Positions 28,533-38,106 of a DNA stretch of 64,000 bases are shown piece after piece. Each line of letters begins with the position of its first letter. The first letter of the stretch is position 1. The notes beneath the pieces were generated by a model that was not told where the DNA came from, did not search any database, and saw only the letters and a program-made list of their open reading frames with translations. The position numbers were made by a program, and so were the translations under genes. The stretch lies in contig OY970212.1 in NCBI GenBank assembly GCA_963713925.1, positions 672,001 to 736,000 on the forward strand, given 5' to 3'. This DNA comes from an uncultured bacterium (GTDB taxonomy: Bacteria > Babelota > Babeliae > Babelales > Vermiphilaceae).

Positions 28533-30197
28533 TTATCGTTTGAATATTTTTTGTAAAACTGATTTTTTAGACGCTTGCTCAAGTCTTTGCATAAAGTAAT
28601 GGTGTAAAAGAGTTCTATCTTTCTCATCGCCTATTGTTGATAGAAGCGAGAGAATGAGTTCTCGGATCTTCTTTTTATCAAATTGTGGTATCACATTTTG
28701 GTTAAATGCATTGATGAGCATCGATACTCCAAATGGTAGTTGGCGTTTTGTGATTGATATGTCCCAGATTTTCACAATTGGAGTCGAACATGAAACAAAA
28801 AAGGTTCCATCTGGACTGAAAAGATCTGATCCTTGGTTTACTAGAGAATCGATCTTTGTGAGAATGTTTCCAGCTTGTATATTCCAAATATCCGCATGGT
28901 TTTCATATTCGTGACATGCAAGCCAGCGATTATCGGCTGAAAAATCTAATGATTGCATATAAATTTCAGATGCATACCCCAGTGGTTTTTGCATTGTTTG
29001 CAACTCGTACGCGGATATTTTGTTTTCTTCATAAGTGAGCGCATAGACCTTGATTGTTCTATTCATAAATCCAATTGCAATACGGGTGTTATCATGAGAA
29101 AAATTGACCGTTGAAATTCCTGATTTGATATCGGTTTTGATGGATCCGACGGAAGTGAAGTCTGACAGATCAAGTAGATCGATGATTCCATCAGCGCATC
29201 CGATTGCAAGATATCCATTGGAAGAGCAGTCAACTGCATGAGGGTTGTGCGGATACATAAGGTTTTTGCTAGGATTTTTTTGAGTCGTATCAACTATTTT
29301 GACAGAAGTATCTCTCGGCGTCCAAATGAGATATCTATTATCGCGAGAGAAGCAAATTGAACGTTTTTCAGGATATTTACTATATTGTATTGGGCTCGTA
29401 AAAATTCTTGGCGGATTGTCCGTTTGGATATCCCAAAAATAGATTTTTCCGTTGGCATATGCGGCTGCAAGCTCTTTACCATCAGGGGAAAAATTGATTG
29501 TGAAGACCACAGTAGCATCTCCTGTCGGCGTGAGATCTTTTATGATGTTTTTTGTTTGCAGATCAAAAATGGTAACGTGTCCATTTGTATGGCTGAGCGC
29601 AAGATAATTATTGCCTGAGGAAAGAGCCATAGAGCTGATCATAGGGTCTTGTTTGGTACCAATAATAGAGGGGGCTTGGCCTAACGTAGCTTGTAGCAAT
29701 GTACCTTGCACGGCGTTAGTATTAAAAAGCTTTTTTGCAAGAATAGGTGAAATGCCAATATTAAATTGCGCAAGGAACGCCTGTGGATTTGACAAGAAAT
29801 AGGTGAGCGCTCCCGGACTTAGAATAAGATCAAATAATCGCTGTGTAAGGATTTCTTCTATCTGTGGCAGGATGAGAAACTTTGCGACTTCAAGCAGTTT
29901 AATGGTTTCATCATTATTTTTTGACGCCACTTCTCGAATAATATTTTTGTCCTTTTTCTTTTTCATCCAATTATATAATATCTCAAACGTTTGCTGATCG
30001 AGTTGCTCCAAAGGTATCGGCTCATTTGACTCGCCGATGTCTTCTAGTACATGTTTTAGTGTTTCGGCCTTATTTAAAATCTCATTCTTATAGGTTCCTT
30101 TTTTGTTGCCAGCGAAGATCAGTGTTGTTGTCTCTTCTTTATCAGCGCAAAAGAGGGTTGTTGATATACATATCACTATAAGTAATAGATGTTTCAT
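28533..30197 (-). CDS. Secreted Skp1-like + WD40 repeat protein, copy 2
   Basis: Tandem paralog of 26568..28250 with near-identical ends. Confidence 0.8.
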   Translation of the reverse strand: MKHLLLIVICISTTLFCADKEETTTLIFAGNKKGTYKNEILNKAETLKHVLEDIGESNEPIPLEQLDQQTFEILYNWMKKKKDKNIIREVASKNNDETIKLLEVAKFLILPQIEEILTQRLFDLILSPGALTYFLSNPQAFLAQFNIGISPILAKKLFNTNAVQGTLLQATLGQAPSIIGTKQDPMISSMALSSGNNYLALSHTNGHVTIFDLQTKNIIKDLTPTGDATVVFTINFSPDGKELAAAYANGKIYFWDIQTDNPPRIFTSPIQYSKYPEKRSICFSRDNRYLIWTPRDTSVKIVDTTQKNPSKNLMYPHNPHAVDCSSNGYLAIGCADGIIDLLDLSDFTSVGSIKTDIKSGISTVNFSHDNTRIAIGFMNRTIKVYALTYEENKISAYELQTMQKPLGYASEIYMQSLDFSADNRWLACHEYENHADIWNIQAGNILTKIDSLVNQGSDLFSPDGTFFVSCSTPIVKIWDISITKRQLPFGVSMLINAFNQNVIPQFDKKKIRELILSLLSTIGDEKDRTLLHHYFMQRLEQASKKSVLQKIFKR

Positions 30198-30282
30198 GAG
30201 GACTCTTCTTTTTTGGTTTTTTGTTTGTTTGATATTATTATAAAAAAAGTGAAGGTCTTCGCGCTAGATATAAGGATTTTTT

Positions 30283-31050
30283 ATGGCAAAACAACGACTC
30301 GATGTCAGACTGCTGGAATTATTGCCACAGTATAGTCGCGCTCAAATCCAAAGCTGGATTATGCAGGGCAAAGTAAAGGTAGATGGAACAGTGGTCAGCA
30401 AGGCGGGGATGGCCGTTTCTGATGACGCGGTTATCACCTACGATATTGCCGAGCCAAAATATGTGAGCCGCGCCGGGTTTAAGCTTGAGAAAATGCTGGA
30501 TGAAGCAGCTCTTGATGTGACCGGATTTGTCGTGCTCGATGCTGGCCTGTCAACCGGTGGATTTACCGACTGTCTTTTACAAAGAGGTGCCTCAAAAATA
30601 TACGGCATCGATGTTGGATATGGGCAAGCGCATGAAAAAATTCGGGCAGACAAGCGCGTTGTTGTTATGGAGCGGGTCAACTTGCGCGAGCTTGATAAGT
30701 TGCCCGAATTGGTTGATCTTGTCACCCTTGATCTTTCTTTTATTTCAGTGCTCAAGGTGATGGACGCAGTAACGCGACAGCTTAAGGAGCGTGGAAAATT
30801 GATTGTGTTGATTAAGCCTCAATTTGAAGCTGAAAAACATGAGGTTGGCAAGGGAGGGATCGTCAGAGATGTGGCAGTGCATGAGCGAGTGGTCAAAACC
30901 GTATGTGATGGTATTATCGCGCATGGGTTTCAGTTGCAAAAGTTGATCGAATCTCCGATAGAAGGGACAATGGGTAATAAGGAGTTTTTGGCCTATTTCG
31001 TTACCGTGTCCGCCATAGCTCATGGGAGCGACGGCTGGAAAACATCGTAG
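30283..31050 (+). CDS. tlyA: TlyA family rRNA 2'-O-methyltransferase
   Basis: S4 domain, YVSRAGFKL, STGGFTDCLL, DLSFIS, LIKPQFE, GNKEFL. Confidence 0.95.
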   Translation: MAKQRLDVRLLELLPQYSRAQIQSWIMQGKVKVDGTVVSKAGMAVSDDAVITYDIAEPKYVSRAGFKLEKMLDEAALDVTGFVVLDAGLSTGGFTDCLLQRGASKIYGIDVGYGQAHEKIRADKRVVVMERVNLRELDKLPELVDLVTLDLSFISVLKVMDAVTRQLKERGKLIVLIKPQFEAEKHEVGKGGIVRDVAVHERVVKTVCDGIIAHGFQLQKLIESPIEGTMGNKEFLAYFVTVSAIAHGSDGWKTS

Positions 31051-31132
31051 AGGCGGGGGCCTATTTCGTTACCGTGTCCGCCATAGCTCATGGGAGCGAT
31101 GGCTGGAAAACTACGTAGGCCGAGGCCTATTT
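30990..31132 (+). repeat. Two tandem 66-68 bp family C units delimited by GGCCTATTT
   Basis: GGCCTATTT at 30990, 31058 and 31124; the units are near identical. Confidence 0.9.
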
Positions 31133-31217
31133 TATAAAAAATCATAGGCAGAGCTCATTTTTTCTGGTACAAAATATACATCCACTCATATTCAAACAAG
31201 TAATGTTAGAAAATTTT

Positions 31218-31291
31218 GCGCCCGTAGCTCAACTGGATAGAGTAGCGGACTTCGAATCCGTTGGTTGTAGGTTCGAGTCCTACCGGGCGCA
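31218..31291 (+). tRNA. tRNA-Arg(UCG)
   Basis: Cloverleaf: GCGCCCG acceptor stem, CTTCGAA anticodon loop, GTTCGAG T arm; CCA not encoded. Confidence 0.95.
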
Positions 31292-31308
31292 TATAAAATG
31301 TCGGGGGT

Positions 31309-31713
31309 ATGCGCGTGAAACAAAGTACGTGTTCTTTTATGTACGCCATTTTATTTGTCGTAACGTTTGTTGCTCCAATAGGATTGTTTGGAGCAGACAG
31401 GCAAAGTAAGCATATCGATAAGATCCCGATATACAAACAGGAATTTCAGCACCCGTTTGGCTATATGCATAAGTTACCCGATGATGGTGAACAGTCTCCT
31501 GAATGTTATGAACTGCTGACAAGGGATCGAAATACAATTGCTAAAGTACATGTTCATACTATCGAACCAAAGCATTTATGGGTTAAATTGATACCGAAAA
31601 CAGAATCGAATAGAAGAGAAGTTGAAGCATTACTTCTATTGTGGCAAAACGAGTATTTTAATTCTGAAGAAATGAAGGTTCAGCTATCGCTTTGTTTGAA
31701 AGAAAAAAAATAA
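31309..31713 (+). CDS. Hypothetical secreted protein
   Basis: Hydrophobic N-terminus; lies between tRNAs. Confidence 0.55.
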   Translation: MRVKQSTCSFMYAILFVVTFVAPIGLFGADRQSKHIDKIPIYKQEFQHPFGYMHKLPDDGEQSPECYELLTRDRNTIAKVHVHTIEPKHLWVKLIPKTESNRREVEALLLLWQNEYFNSEEMKVQLSLCLKEKK

Positions 31714-31762
31714 TATCGGTGTCTCAATCTTGCCACGCACGTTTAAAACGAAGATTTTTTTC

Positions 31763-31840
<78 letters not shown>

Positions 31841-31846
31841 TTTGAA

Positions 31847-32464
31847 TTATTTTGAATTATAGGGTATCTTTTTTTCCGATTTTGCCAATAAAATATCATC
31901 CATTTTAATATCATCCGCTGTGACGGTTCGATTAAGACGGCGATTAAGTTCATCAAATTGATCAGTAATTTCAACAACATCATTGTCAGAGAGGGCTGGG
32001 TTAGGCTCGGCTGCAAGCTCCCGTAACATTGTCGGGGAAGTCACCATTGCAAAAGTTTTTACGAAATCCTCTCCGTCAGCCGTAAGTTTTTTCAGATTTG
32101 TATCATACAACGTATTGTTTTGGGTGATATAGCGATAGAATGATGGAATTGCAACTGAGATGCCTTCACCCTTTGTTAAAAAGAGTTTTGCCAAATTTTC
32201 TGCCTCAAAATGAATCTCACCGGAACTCAGGGCGAGTATAGAAAGCTCTTTTTTTAACTTTTTTCTGCTTACGTTAGTAAGCGCAGTATCATCTGGTGTA
32301 GTTTCATACGCACAATTTCGTAAATTTGAAAGAACGGCATCAAGACGCATTCGTGCTTCATCGTTTGAAGGAATCTTGGTATCCCATATACTCAAGTCAG
32401 CACATGAGATTGGCCATGAGAAGAGTAGCGTGAAAATAGCCGATGCAATAATTTTTTTGACCAT
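31847..32464 (-). CDS. Hypothetical secreted protein
   Basis: Likely start MVKKII at 32464 with RBS; signal peptide. Confidence 0.65.
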   Translation of the reverse strand: MVKKIIASAIFTLLFSWPISCADLSIWDTKIPSNDEARMRLDAVLSNLRNCAYETTPDDTALTNVSRKKLKKELSILALSSGEIHFEAENLAKLFLTKGEGISVAIPSFYRYITQNNTLYDTNLKKLTADGEDFVKTFAMVTSPTMLRELAAEPNPALSDNDVVEITDQFDELNRRLNRTVTADDIKMDDILLAKSEKKIPYNSK

Positions 32465-32550
32465 GTCTCCCTTTCTATTGGTTACTTTATATATTTTTGA
32501 CATGATCATACGAAGTTTCTTTGCCGCATGCAAGCGAGGCCTAGGAAGCT

Positions 32551-32575
32551 ACTTCTCTTATTTTCGGATGAGCTC
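32551..32575. mobile_element. Lone right end of the GAGCTT-TIR MITE
   Basis: acttct...attttcggatgagctc followed by TTA matches the MITE right ends at 7748 and 59016. Confidence 0.65.
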
Positions 32576-32665
32576 TTATAATTTCTATAGTTGTATCAAG
32601 CTTTGCAGATTCAACTTTTAGTTTTTCCGCTAAATCACGTAACTTCATACAACTTTTGCTTGATC

Positions 32666-33101
32666 CTATTGACTTTTGAAGAAGTAAAATTTTTGTATCA
32701 TAGTACCAAAAAAATATAATGATTGATATTTAATGAGCGCAAAGTATTCCTGCGAAGTCTTGGTAAAGTAGAACAATATTTTACCCAAATTCCACAATAC
32801 TCCATTTGCGTCTCCGGAGATCGTCGATTTAAGACTGCTGAATTCAGTAAGATCTAGTGTATATAGGAACTGATGTATTTGGAACAACAAACGCATAAGT
32901 AAGGAAATAAATCGCGAAGCATAAAAGAGTCAGCACAAGCGAATTAAACAAAACATTTTGTTTTTTATTATGAACAAATGATAGTAGAAAATAGAACAAA
33001 ATAAAAAAAATGAAAAAAATAAGAATCATTGAATTGCCTCCGGCATCCAAGCGCCCAACAAACGGCAATCTATGCCATAACTCAATAAAAGCTCTCAGCA
33101 T
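32666..33101 (-). pseudogene. Probable fragmented membrane protein gene
   Basis: Two short overlapping hydrophobic ORFs in different frames; very AT-rich. Confidence 0.3.
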
Positions 33102-33276
33102 ATTAATCTTCCTTATTAGGATGTTTCGTTAGACTTTTATATTCTACAAACCTATTTTCGAAAAATACAATGATGTTGATAGCATTTATTTGAGCCTAAG
33201 ATCCAAGTCATTCATTGAGAAGGCTCCTGGGCATTTCAATCGTCTATTGTTTCTCGTTTATTACAACGCTACTTTT

Positions 33277-33350
33277 ACGCCCGTAGCTCAGTTGGATAGA
33301 GCGACAGATTCCTAATCTGTAGGCCATGGGTTCAATTCCCGTCGGGCGAA
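33277..33350 (+). tRNA. Duplicate tRNA-Arg(CCU) with broken first acceptor pair (possible pseudo-tRNA or att site)
   Basis: 33278-33348 is identical to 31768-31838; the G1-C72 pair is replaced by A/A. Confidence 0.8.
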
Positions 33351-33382
33351 ATATGCGCACACTTTGTGTAATTATCCAAAAA

Positions 33383-35149
33383 TTACCAACCACCGCCTCC
33401 ACCTCCACCGCCTCCTCCTCCGGAGCGACTACCGCCTCCGCTTCCAGATGATCTACCAGGTGGAGTTGATGATGCTGAAATTGCAGAGCTCAATGATGAG
33501 GTAAGAGAAGAGGCAAATCCGTTAGAAAAGCCCCTTGAAAAAGATCGACCTACATACCATCGTGGTTGATATGGATGACCTTCAGCGCGTTTCTGCTCAA
33601 AGAGAGGAGCAAATTGCCCCGTCCATTCATCTTCTAGCCCCAGCACCATCGCATAGGGTAAATATTTTTCATAGAGCTCGGGAGTTTTTATTGGCGGCGT
33701 TCCTACTATTTTCATTCGATCAATTTCTGCTGCTTTCAAAAATAATTTGAAGCCGTCTATATGATCTTGTGTGCGTCTACCTCGTGGCGTATACACATCC
33801 CCCCATTGCACTGAAAGAAAAGCCAGTATACCCAAAATGATAAGCAAAAACATGTAATATCCAGGTGCGCCACCCAATAACATGGAAAAGACAACGGGAG
33901 CAGCAGCAAACAGTGCTATCCCACAGCCTACATAGGCAATATCATGACCTTTAAAATCTGCCTTAAACGATGTAAGATCTCGATACAAAATGTCATTGCA
34001 AAATAGTTTTGTCTTTGTTGAAAGCCAGGCTAAAGTTAATTGGTTTTTTTGTTCAATTTTAATTGATGAACCTTTGGCAAATAGCCCGAATACAATCTCT
34101 TTTTCATGAGCTGTTAATGCATCATCACTTTTTGCTTTTTTTGTTTTCTTAAGCGTATAGGTATAACGTCCCCAGGAAGATTTTTCTGCCTCTATTTCAA
34201 TAAAACCATGAATTGCCAAATTAACGATATCGGCAGCAACGAACTTTTCTTCGAAAGTTTTATCATTAAGATACCCAACAGCCGAGGGCAACATATTCTC
34301 CGGCGGATAATAATGTGGAATTACAACGCCCGGTGCGTTTATTTTCTCTCGTACGCGATAACAGTATTCCATAAATAACAATATGAGCAGGAGAGCCAAC
34401 AATACGAGGGCGATCACCCAATTATCCCTAAAAAACCACCAGAGTTTTTGCAGTAAAGTTGGTTCTGCAACCCAACCTTTGGGCCATGTAACCGCAATGG
34501 TTAAGCCTTCTTCAGGTCGCAGTGGTCGTGTGGTAGAAAAAATGGCCTCGTTCTTATCATTAATACTTGCAGTATAATTTTTTCCCTGTTGACCAAAATA
34601 TCCTGTTGCAGCTTCAATAGATTTGATGGGAACATCTTTGGGTAGATGGACAATAGCCTTTGCATAATCAATGGGTAATCGCCATCCATTACCGGTTACA
34701 TTCCAATAAAGTTCATCATGCTGTTTGAAGAAGCCAATTTGTCTCTGAGTTTCATACTCAATGGTATACGTGTAATGTCCAGGCCTTAAATAGATATGCT
34801 CACTTCCGATGTATACCTTCACGCCATTGGATTCTTTTATTTCTTTATGGTGTACCGGCTCGTCATCAAGCAATACTCTATTAAGTCGAAAGTCTACAAA
34901 ATATGAAGTTCCCAAATAATCGCGATATTTGGTTGGAAATTCTCGTACAATACCTCGTTTGATAGTTGTGCCAGTGCTATTTACGGCAATCGTTTCCGTA
35001 ACCAATATGGAGCCATCGGCACGAATCGTGATATCACTCTCAAAAAAAGTAATACGCTCACTCGCAAAGGACAGTGATGTTATACATGCTATAAAAGCAA
35101 TGATCATGTGGCGCATACCAAAGTCTCCGTCTGCCGCTTTATTTGGCAT
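33383..35149 (-). CDS. DUF2207 family membrane protein
   Basis: ERIT.F..DI, ELYWNVTGNGW, YEKYLPYA, Gly-rich GGGGGGGW tail; adjacent to lemA. Confidence 0.9.
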   Translation of the reverse strand: MPNKAADGDFGMRHMIIAFIACITSLSFASERITFFESDITIRADGSILVTETIAVNSTGTTIKRGIVREFPTKYRDYLGTSYFVDFRLNRVLLDDEPVHHKEIKESNGVKVYIGSEHIYLRPGHYTYTIEYETQRQIGFFKQHDELYWNVTGNGWRLPIDYAKAIVHLPKDVPIKSIEAATGYFGQQGKNYTASINDKNEAIFSTTRPLRPEEGLTIAVTWPKGWVAEPTLLQKLWWFFRDNWVIALVLLALLLILLFMEYCYRVREKINAPGVVIPHYYPPENMLPSAVGYLNDKTFEEKFVAADIVNLAIHGFIEIEAEKSSWGRYTYTLKKTKKAKSDDALTAHEKEIVFGLFAKGSSIKIEQKNQLTLAWLSTKTKLFCNDILYRDLTSFKADFKGHDIAYVGCGIALFAAAPVVFSMLLGGAPGYYMFLLIILGILAFLSVQWGDVYTPRGRRTQDHIDGFKLFLKAAEIDRMKIVGTPPIKTPELYEKYLPYAMVLGLEDEWTGQFAPLFEQKRAEGHPYQPRWYVGRSFSRGFSNGFASSLTSSLSSAISASSTPPGRSSGSGGGSRSGGGGGGGGGGGW

Positions 35150-35155
35150 TGAATT

Positions 35156-35719
35156 CTAGAACTGAACTTTAGGAACATCACGTTCTTGAGCTGAGTTTAA
35201 TTCAAAGTATGGTGCTTGTGTAAAATTAAAAAAATTCGCAATTATATTGGATGGGAATGAAAGAATAGATTTATTATAATCTCGCGCAGTCCCATTGTAA
35301 TAGCGGCGTGCGAGTTGGACTTCCTGCTCAATATTCGAAAGATCCTTTTGCAACATCAGAAAATTTTCATTCGCCTTTAAGTTTGGATATTGTTCTGCAA
35401 CCGCAAATAATGTTTTGAGCGTGCCAGTTAACCCACTTTCAGCAGCAGATTTCTCTGTCACCCCGTGTGCCGACATTGCGGCCGAACGCAAACGCACAAC
35501 CTCTTCAAGTACGTTTTTTTCATGAATACTATATCCTTTCACGACCGAAACCAAGTTAGGAATCAGATCATACCGACGCTTCAGCTGGACATCTATACAA
35601 CTCCAGGCCTCGTCGAGCATCGTTTTTAAGTGAATGAGACCGTTATATTTTCCAGCAACCCACAACGCTATAAGGGCACATAAGCCAAGTAGTAACAAAA
35701 GTATCATCATGATTGTCAT
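35156..35719 (-). CDS. lemA: LemA family protein
   Basis: IDVQLKRRYDLIPNLV, EQYPNLKA, ARRYYN. Confidence 0.95.
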   Translation of the reverse strand: MTIMMILLLLLGLCALIALWVAGKYNGLIHLKTMLDEAWSCIDVQLKRRYDLIPNLVSVVKGYSIHEKNVLEEVVRLRSAAMSAHGVTEKSAAESGLTGTLKTLFAVAEQYPNLKANENFLMLQKDLSNIEQEVQLARRYYNGTARDYNKSILSFPSNIIANFFNFTQAPYFELNSAQERDVPKVQF

Positions 35720-35884
35720 AGAACACCCTTGAATAAGGAGATGAAAATATCGATTAAAAACGTATAGATTTTGTATGAAATGTGATCTGTTAACTTTATT
35801 CTACCAAAACCTTCTTAAAAATTCAAAATCAATAGCTATTTTTGTTTCAATTAGCAATGTTTGCATTGAGTGAATAGTTTTTCA

Positions 35885-36037
35885 TCACTTTTTTGCGTTT
35901 GCCAAATGAACATAATGAGCGAGCCGCATCTTGATAAAATTCTCTTTTGGTTCTCGCCCTAAGCGACGGTTAAGTTCATTAAATTGCTGATAGATTTCAA
36001 TAACATCATCATTGGAAATGTCAGGATCAAGGAGCAT
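35885..36037 (-). pseudogene. 50-codon remnant paralogous to the C-terminus of 31847..32464
   Basis: PDISNDDVIEIYQQFNELNRRL vs PALSDNDVVEITDQFDELNRRL. Confidence 0.65.
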
Positions 36038-36076
36038 GAGTCGAGTGTGCAATCGTGATCGATGTTCTTTATATCA

Positions 36077-36112
36077 AAAGGGTCCCGAGCGAAGTGAGCT
36101 CGGGACCCTTTT
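36077..36112 (-). terminator. Intrinsic terminator built from a family B-like hairpin
   Basis: aaaagggtcccgagc/gctcgggaccctttt. Confidence 0.7.
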
Positions 36113-36155
36113 ATTTTAGATCGTAAGTTAGTTTTCGAAATGGATGTTCTATCCT

Positions 36156-36620
36156 TTACCGAACTTTAGGCGGCCACGTCCATTCTACAGGTTTTGGTGT
36201 TTGAAGGTTTTGGGGTAAAGAGTTCTGTTGATTTGTATCACGCACAGGTGTAGACAATAATTGGCCGGCAAATTCATTTTTAAGTTCGTTAATAAGCCCG
36301 GTTCCTTCTTCCAGCACATTTGTGGGAAGTGTGTAGTGCACATGAGCATCTTGCAAGAGTGCAAGCATTGCTTTTAAATATCCTTGTCCCGCTGGAGTTA
36401 GAATGCCGTTTTGGCTGTATTGCGGCTGCTTAAGCGCTTCTCTGGTCGCTGCTATTTGATTTTTTATAAATTCAATAAATCCTGTCGGATTTAAAGTGGG
36501 GTTTGCCGCGGTGCAATTTTTATCGCCCCGGCGGCATACGACCGCATCTGAGCTTTGTACCGTTTGACAGGAAGCAAATCCAAGTAAAGTTAAAGTTATT
36601 ATTGAAAGTTTGTTCTTCAT
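36156..36620 (-). CDS. Hypothetical lipoprotein
   Basis: Signal peptide with FASC lipobox. Confidence 0.65.
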   Translation of the reverse strand: MKNKLSIITLTLLGFASCQTVQSSDAVVCRRGDKNCTAANPTLNPTGFIEFIKNQIAATREALKQPQYSQNGILTPAGQGYLKAMLALLQDAHVHYTLPTNVLEEGTGLINELKNEFAGQLLSTPVRDTNQQNSLPQNLQTPKPVEWTWPPKVR

Positions 36621-36715
36621 ATATAGTGCTCTCTTTTCTTTTTATAATAGCATATCTTTCTTGAATATTGCCATATTTTTACATGCTTTTCATTGCCTGG
36701 TATCATTAAAAAACT

Positions 36716-37924
36716 ATGATAAAAAAACGTTTTCTATGCATTGGTGCTTCCGCTGCGGGCATTGCATGCATTAATAAATTAAAAATGCTCGATCCTAACA
36801 GGGAAATTCTCTGCTTTTCGGCAGAACCTGAAATTCCCTATAATAAATGTGTATTGGCTGATTGGTTGAGCCTGAAAAAGGCTGAATCCGAGGTTGTGTT
36901 GGCTTCTTTGGAGCAAATGCGACTCAAAGGAGTCCTTTTTTATCCAAATACTCCCATTGTGCGTATCGATCCGATCCAAAAAACAGTCATGAGCGCTTCA
37001 GGCGAGGTTTTTGCTTATGATCATCTCCTGATTGCGACTGGGGCACGGCCCACCCAAATGTCCTGCATTTGGACTCCTTTTATGGGGGCCCCCACGCGGA
37101 ACGTGGGGTACTTTACCTTTCACACCGCCGCCGATACCCGCGCCATCAGTGATTTTATTGCTCAAAAGCAGCCGAAGGAGGCAATTATTGTAGGCGCAGG
37201 GCTGACTGGACTTGAGGCAGCCGATGCACTATGGCAACGTGGGGTTACTACGATCACGATTATTGAAAAAAATGATCGGATTATGAGTAGTGTAATCCCT
37301 GAGAGCGCCTCAGATTTTTTAGATCGTAGGATGAGGTCGTTGGGAATCAATGTTGTCTGTAATCAGCAGATAGTTTCAGTCTCTGAGAATGAAATGGGTG
37401 TAACCATAGGCCTTTCTTCAGGGGAAATCCTGAAAACAAGTATGCTCATTGTTGCCGCCGGTGTGAAATCAAATAGTGAGCTTGCCCTTCAAGCGGGCAT
37501 CGCCTATGATCAGGGGGCAATTATTACTGATTCCTTCATGCAAACTTCCATTTCAGGTATTTATGCTGCCGGTGATGTTGCCCTGGTAACTGATCAGATT
37601 ACGGGTGAAAAAATCGTCAGCCGAACCTGGCCAGATGCCATGGCTCAGGGAATGACAGCCGCCCATGCGATCGCAGGCGTTCAAAAGCCCTATGCCGGGG
37701 TAGTCATGAGCCTCAACTCTGCCTTTTTTGGCCTGAAATTTGCCGCAAGTTATGCAAATTTTAATAGGGAGGTGGTCATGGAATCTATACAATTTCAAGA
37801 GGATCCCGAGCCTTTCTTTAGGTATGTCAGGAGTCACCAAGGGGTAGTTAAGGGCTATTGCCTCATTGGAGACACCAGGGAAGCTCCAGGTTTACGACGG
37901 TCCTTGGTCACCAAGCAGCCATAA
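36716..37924 (+). CDS. FAD/NAD(P)H-dependent oxidoreductase (NADH oxidase/rubredoxin reductase-like)
   Basis: IGASAAG, LIATG, VGAGLTGLE, TS..GIYAAGD. Confidence 0.88.
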   Translation: MIKKRFLCIGASAAGIACINKLKMLDPNREILCFSAEPEIPYNKCVLADWLSLKKAESEVVLASLEQMRLKGVLFYPNTPIVRIDPIQKTVMSASGEVFAYDHLLIATGARPTQMSCIWTPFMGAPTRNVGYFTFHTAADTRAISDFIAQKQPKEAIIVGAGLTGLEAADALWQRGVTTITIIEKNDRIMSSVIPESASDFLDRRMRSLGINVVCNQQIVSVSENEMGVTIGLSSGEILKTSMLIVAAGVKSNSELALQAGIAYDQGAIITDSFMQTSISGIYAAGDVALVTDQITGEKIVSRTWPDAMAQGMTAAHAIAGVQKPYAGVVMSLNSAFFGLKFAASYANFNREVVMESIQFQEDPEPFFRYVRSHQGVVKGYCLIGDTREAPGLRRSLVTKQP

Positions 37925-38106
37925 TACCCCAATTTCACTTCGCTCCAGCTTTACTATGCTATCGCTGGACCCACGCATGAGACCCGAAATTGGGGACTCC
38001 AAATCTGATATTTTCTATTTGTAACAATGCTAATTGACGGCCTGAATCATTATGGTATATTGGTATTAGTTTAAGAATCATAGAGAATCAAATGGAGGTT
38101 TATACT

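Noticed and set aside
26568..30197. Diversity-generating retroelement template/variable pair
   Set aside because: No reverse transcriptase in the window; differences are not adenine-specific and both copies are full genes.
30990..31132. Possible mini CRISPR array
   Set aside because: The units are near-identical copies with no unique spacers, and there are no cas genes in the window.
31203..31436. ORFs overlapping tRNA-Arg(UCG)
   Set aside because: Shadow ORFs of the tRNA.
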